From: Wigglesworthia glossinidia endosymbiont of Glossina morsitans morsitans (Yale colony) | Lineage (GTDB): Bacteria; Pseudomonadota; Gammaproteobacteria; Enterobacterales; Enterobacteriaceae | Length of the DNA: 32,000 nt | Assembly (NCBI RefSeq): GCF_000247565.1 | Contig: NC_016893.1 | Span: 570,001 to 602,000 of the forward strand | Direction: 5' to 3' | Part shown: positions 30,320-32,000 of the stretch, piece after piece | Layout: each line of letters opens with the position of its first letter | Position numbering within the stretch: position 1 is the stretch's first letter | The notes under the pieces: model-generated | Told to the model about the DNA's origin: nothing | What the model saw: the letters and a program-made list of their open reading frames with translations, nothing else | The model's database searches: none | Made by a program: the position numbers and the translations under genes

Positions 30320-31392
30320 AAAACAAAAAAAATATACATATTTTGATTTCAGGTGGAGGTAGCGGAGGTCACGTATTTGTAGGATTATCAATTGCTAAAC
30401 ATTTAATCAATCTTGGATGTAATGTAACTTGGTTGGGAGCTAAAAATAAAATAGAATCTCAGTTAATACCAAAAAATAAAATTCCAATTGAATATTTTTA
30501 TGTCAGCGGATTTTGTGGAAAAAATATTTTTTTAAAATTCATTAGTATAGCGAAATTGATATATGCTTTATTTAAAGCGAAAATTTTCATAAAAAAAATA
30601 AAACCAAATGTTGTTTTTTCTATAGGAGGATATGCGTCTTTACCAGGAGCTATAGCTACGTGGATGCTAAAAATTCCATTAGTAATACATGAACAAAATA
30701 CAATCCCGGGATTAGCAAATTATTTTTTATCTAAATTGTCTAATTGTCAAGTATTGCAAGCATTTCCAAACACTTTTCCAGATTCTAAAGTAGTAGGAAA
30801 TCCAATTAGAGAAGATATTTTAAAAATATCTTCTCCTGTAATAAGATTTCAAAATCGTTCCGGACCTTTAAGATTGTTAATATTAGGAGGTAGTCAAGGA
30901 GCGACTGTATTAAATAATATTATACCATCTATTTTAAAAATATTGCCAAATAAATTTCACATAATACATCAAACAGGATTTAATGAATATAATAAAGTAA
31001 AAGAAAAATATGATAAATTGTTAAATACTAAAAATTATAAAATTTTTACATTTATAGAAGACATTTATACAGCATATAGCTGGGCGGACTTGGTGATCTG
31101 TCGCTCAGGAGCTTTGACAGTTAGCGAGATTGCTCACATCGGATTAGCTGCATTTTTTATTCCATATCCTCACAAAGATAATCAACAATATTGGAATGCT
31201 AAAATCTTAGAAGCTATAGGAGCAGCTAAAATTATTTTACAAAATAAATTTACAAAAAAAAATGTTTTGAACTTTTTATGCGATTGGAATCGAGAAAAAT
31301 CTTTCAAAATGTCTAAAAAATCAAGAGGCGCAATAATAGAAAACTCAACTAAAAAAATTATATACGAAATTTATCAGAATATACAAGTATAA
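30316..31392 (+). CDS. murG: UDP-N-acetylglucosamine--N-acetylmuramyl-(pentapeptide) pyrophosphoryl-undecaprenol GlcNAc transferase
   Basis: 358 aa. GGGSGGHVF.GL, GGYASLPG, VIHEQN, GGSQGA, ADLVICRSGALTVSEIA and HKDNQQYWNA match E. coli MurG. Its start overlaps the ftsW stop (ATGA). Confidence 0.96.
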   Translation: MKNKKNIHILISGGGSGGHVFVGLSIAKHLINLGCNVTWLGAKNKIESQLIPKNKIPIEYFYVSGFCGKNIFLKFISIAKLIYALFKAKIFIKKIKPNVVFSIGGYASLPGAIATWMLKIPLVIHEQNTIPGLANYFLSKLSNCQVLQAFPNTFPDSKVVGNPIREDILKISSPVIRFQNRSGPLRLLILGGSQGATVLNNIIPSILKILPNKFHIIHQTGFNEYNKVKEKYDKLLNTKNYKIFTFIEDIYTAYSWADLVICRSGALTVSEIAHIGLAAFFIPYPHKDNQQYWNAKILEAIGAAKIILQNKFTKKNVLNFLCDWNREKSFKMSKKSRGAIIENSTKKIIYEIYQNIQV

Positions 31393-31417
31393 AATAAACT
31401 TTAATATTATTAATAAT

Positions 31418-32000
31418 ATGATTAAAAATGATTTGTTTTTTTCAAAAATTTTAAAATCCGATAAAATTCATTTCATTGGAATTGGAGGTGCCGGTATGGG
31501 TGCACTTGCAGCATTAATGAAAAATTTAGGATATAACATTAGCGGATCAGATATTATTGAAAATTCAATCATCCACGATCTTAGAAAACTAGGTATAAAA
31601 ATTTTTATTAAACATTCCCAAAATAACATTTTTTTTTCTAAATTAGTTGTAGTTTCCAGTGCTATACCAGAAAATAATGAAGAAATTTTTGCTGCAAAAA
31701 AATTTAATATTCCAATTATTAAAAGAGCAGCAATGTTGTTTGAATTGATGAAATTTAAATATAATATTATTATTTCTGGAACACATGGAAAAACAACTAC
31801 GACTGCAATGCTTTATCATATTTTTAAAGCAGCTCAATTAAATCCAACGTATATAAATGGCGGCAAACTAATAAAAGATAATACACGCAGTTATTTAGGT
31901 ACAAGTCGTTATTGGATTGCTGAAGCAGATGAGAGTGATGCTTCTTTTTTATATTTTAAACCTAAAGTAGCTGTAGTAACTAGCATTGAAGCAGAACACT
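31418..32000 (+). CDS. murC: UDP-N-acetylmuramate--L-alanine ligase, N-terminal part (3' end lies outside the window)
   Basis: Absent from the ORF track because it has no stop in the window. Hand translation from ATG 31418 gives MIKNDLFFSKILKSDKIHFIGIGGAGMGALAALMKNLGYNISGSD...ISGTHGKTTTTAML...YINGGKLIK...YWIAEADESDASFLYFKPKVAVVTSIEAEH. This aligns with E. coli MurC (HFVGIGGAGMGG, AGTHGKTTTTAM, IAEADESDASFL, NIEADH). Confidence 0.93.
   Translation, partial: MIKNDLFFSKILKSDKIHFIGIGGAGMGALAALMKNLGYNISGSDIIENSIIHDLRKLGIKIFIKHSQNNIFFSKLVVVSSAIPENNEEIFAAKKFNIPIIKRAAMLFELMKFKYNIIISGTHGKTTTTAMLYHIFKAAQLNPTYINGGKLIKDNTRSYLGTSRYWIAEADESDASFLYFKPKVAVVTSIEAEH

Overview
This window looks like ordinary core chromosome from a very AT-rich, genome-reduced gammaproteobacterium of Enterobacterales descent, of the obligate insect-endosymbiont type. 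Wigglesworthia-like is my unverified best guess, and I did not compute GC content. I can support 27 protein-coding genes (two truncated by the window edges, one frameshifted) and 2 tRNAs. Nearly all are on the + strand, tightly packed, and alignable by eye to E. coli orthologues recalled from memory.

Layout:
- 1-14069 is collinear with the E. coli ftsH-folP-glmM-secG-leuU ... metY-nusA-infB-rbfA-truB-rpsO-pnp-deaD region. argG/yhbX, rimP and nlpI are missing from their expected positions.
- 14303-20690 is a patchwork of genes that are not neighbours in E. coli: mdlA-mdlB, gpmA(-), ddlA, holE(-), ftnA.
- 20918-32000 is the dcw cell-wall/division cluster without mraZ: rsmH-ftsL-ftsI-murE-murF-mraY-murD-ftsW-murG-murC.

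I found no mobile elements, CRISPR arrays, defence or toxin systems, or unexplained large ORFs, and I see no evidence of a novel multi-gene system.

The most interesting signal is ftsL, which is absent from the ORF track. Its ATG-initiated frame and its conserved body lie in different frames, joined at an A10 homopolymer. This is a candidate for rescue by transcriptional slippage, or a sequencing error or pseudogene.

Secondary curiosities:
- An initiator tRNA with U1:A72 instead of the C1xA72 mismatch.
- A tRNA-Leu(GAG) with C at position 33.
- A retained holE (Pol III theta).
- Several in-frame A10 tracts in essential genes.
- Lys/Asn-rich remodelling of the IF2 N-terminal region and the DeaD tail.

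The standard genetic code applies; TGA is used as a stop, for example in ftsW.
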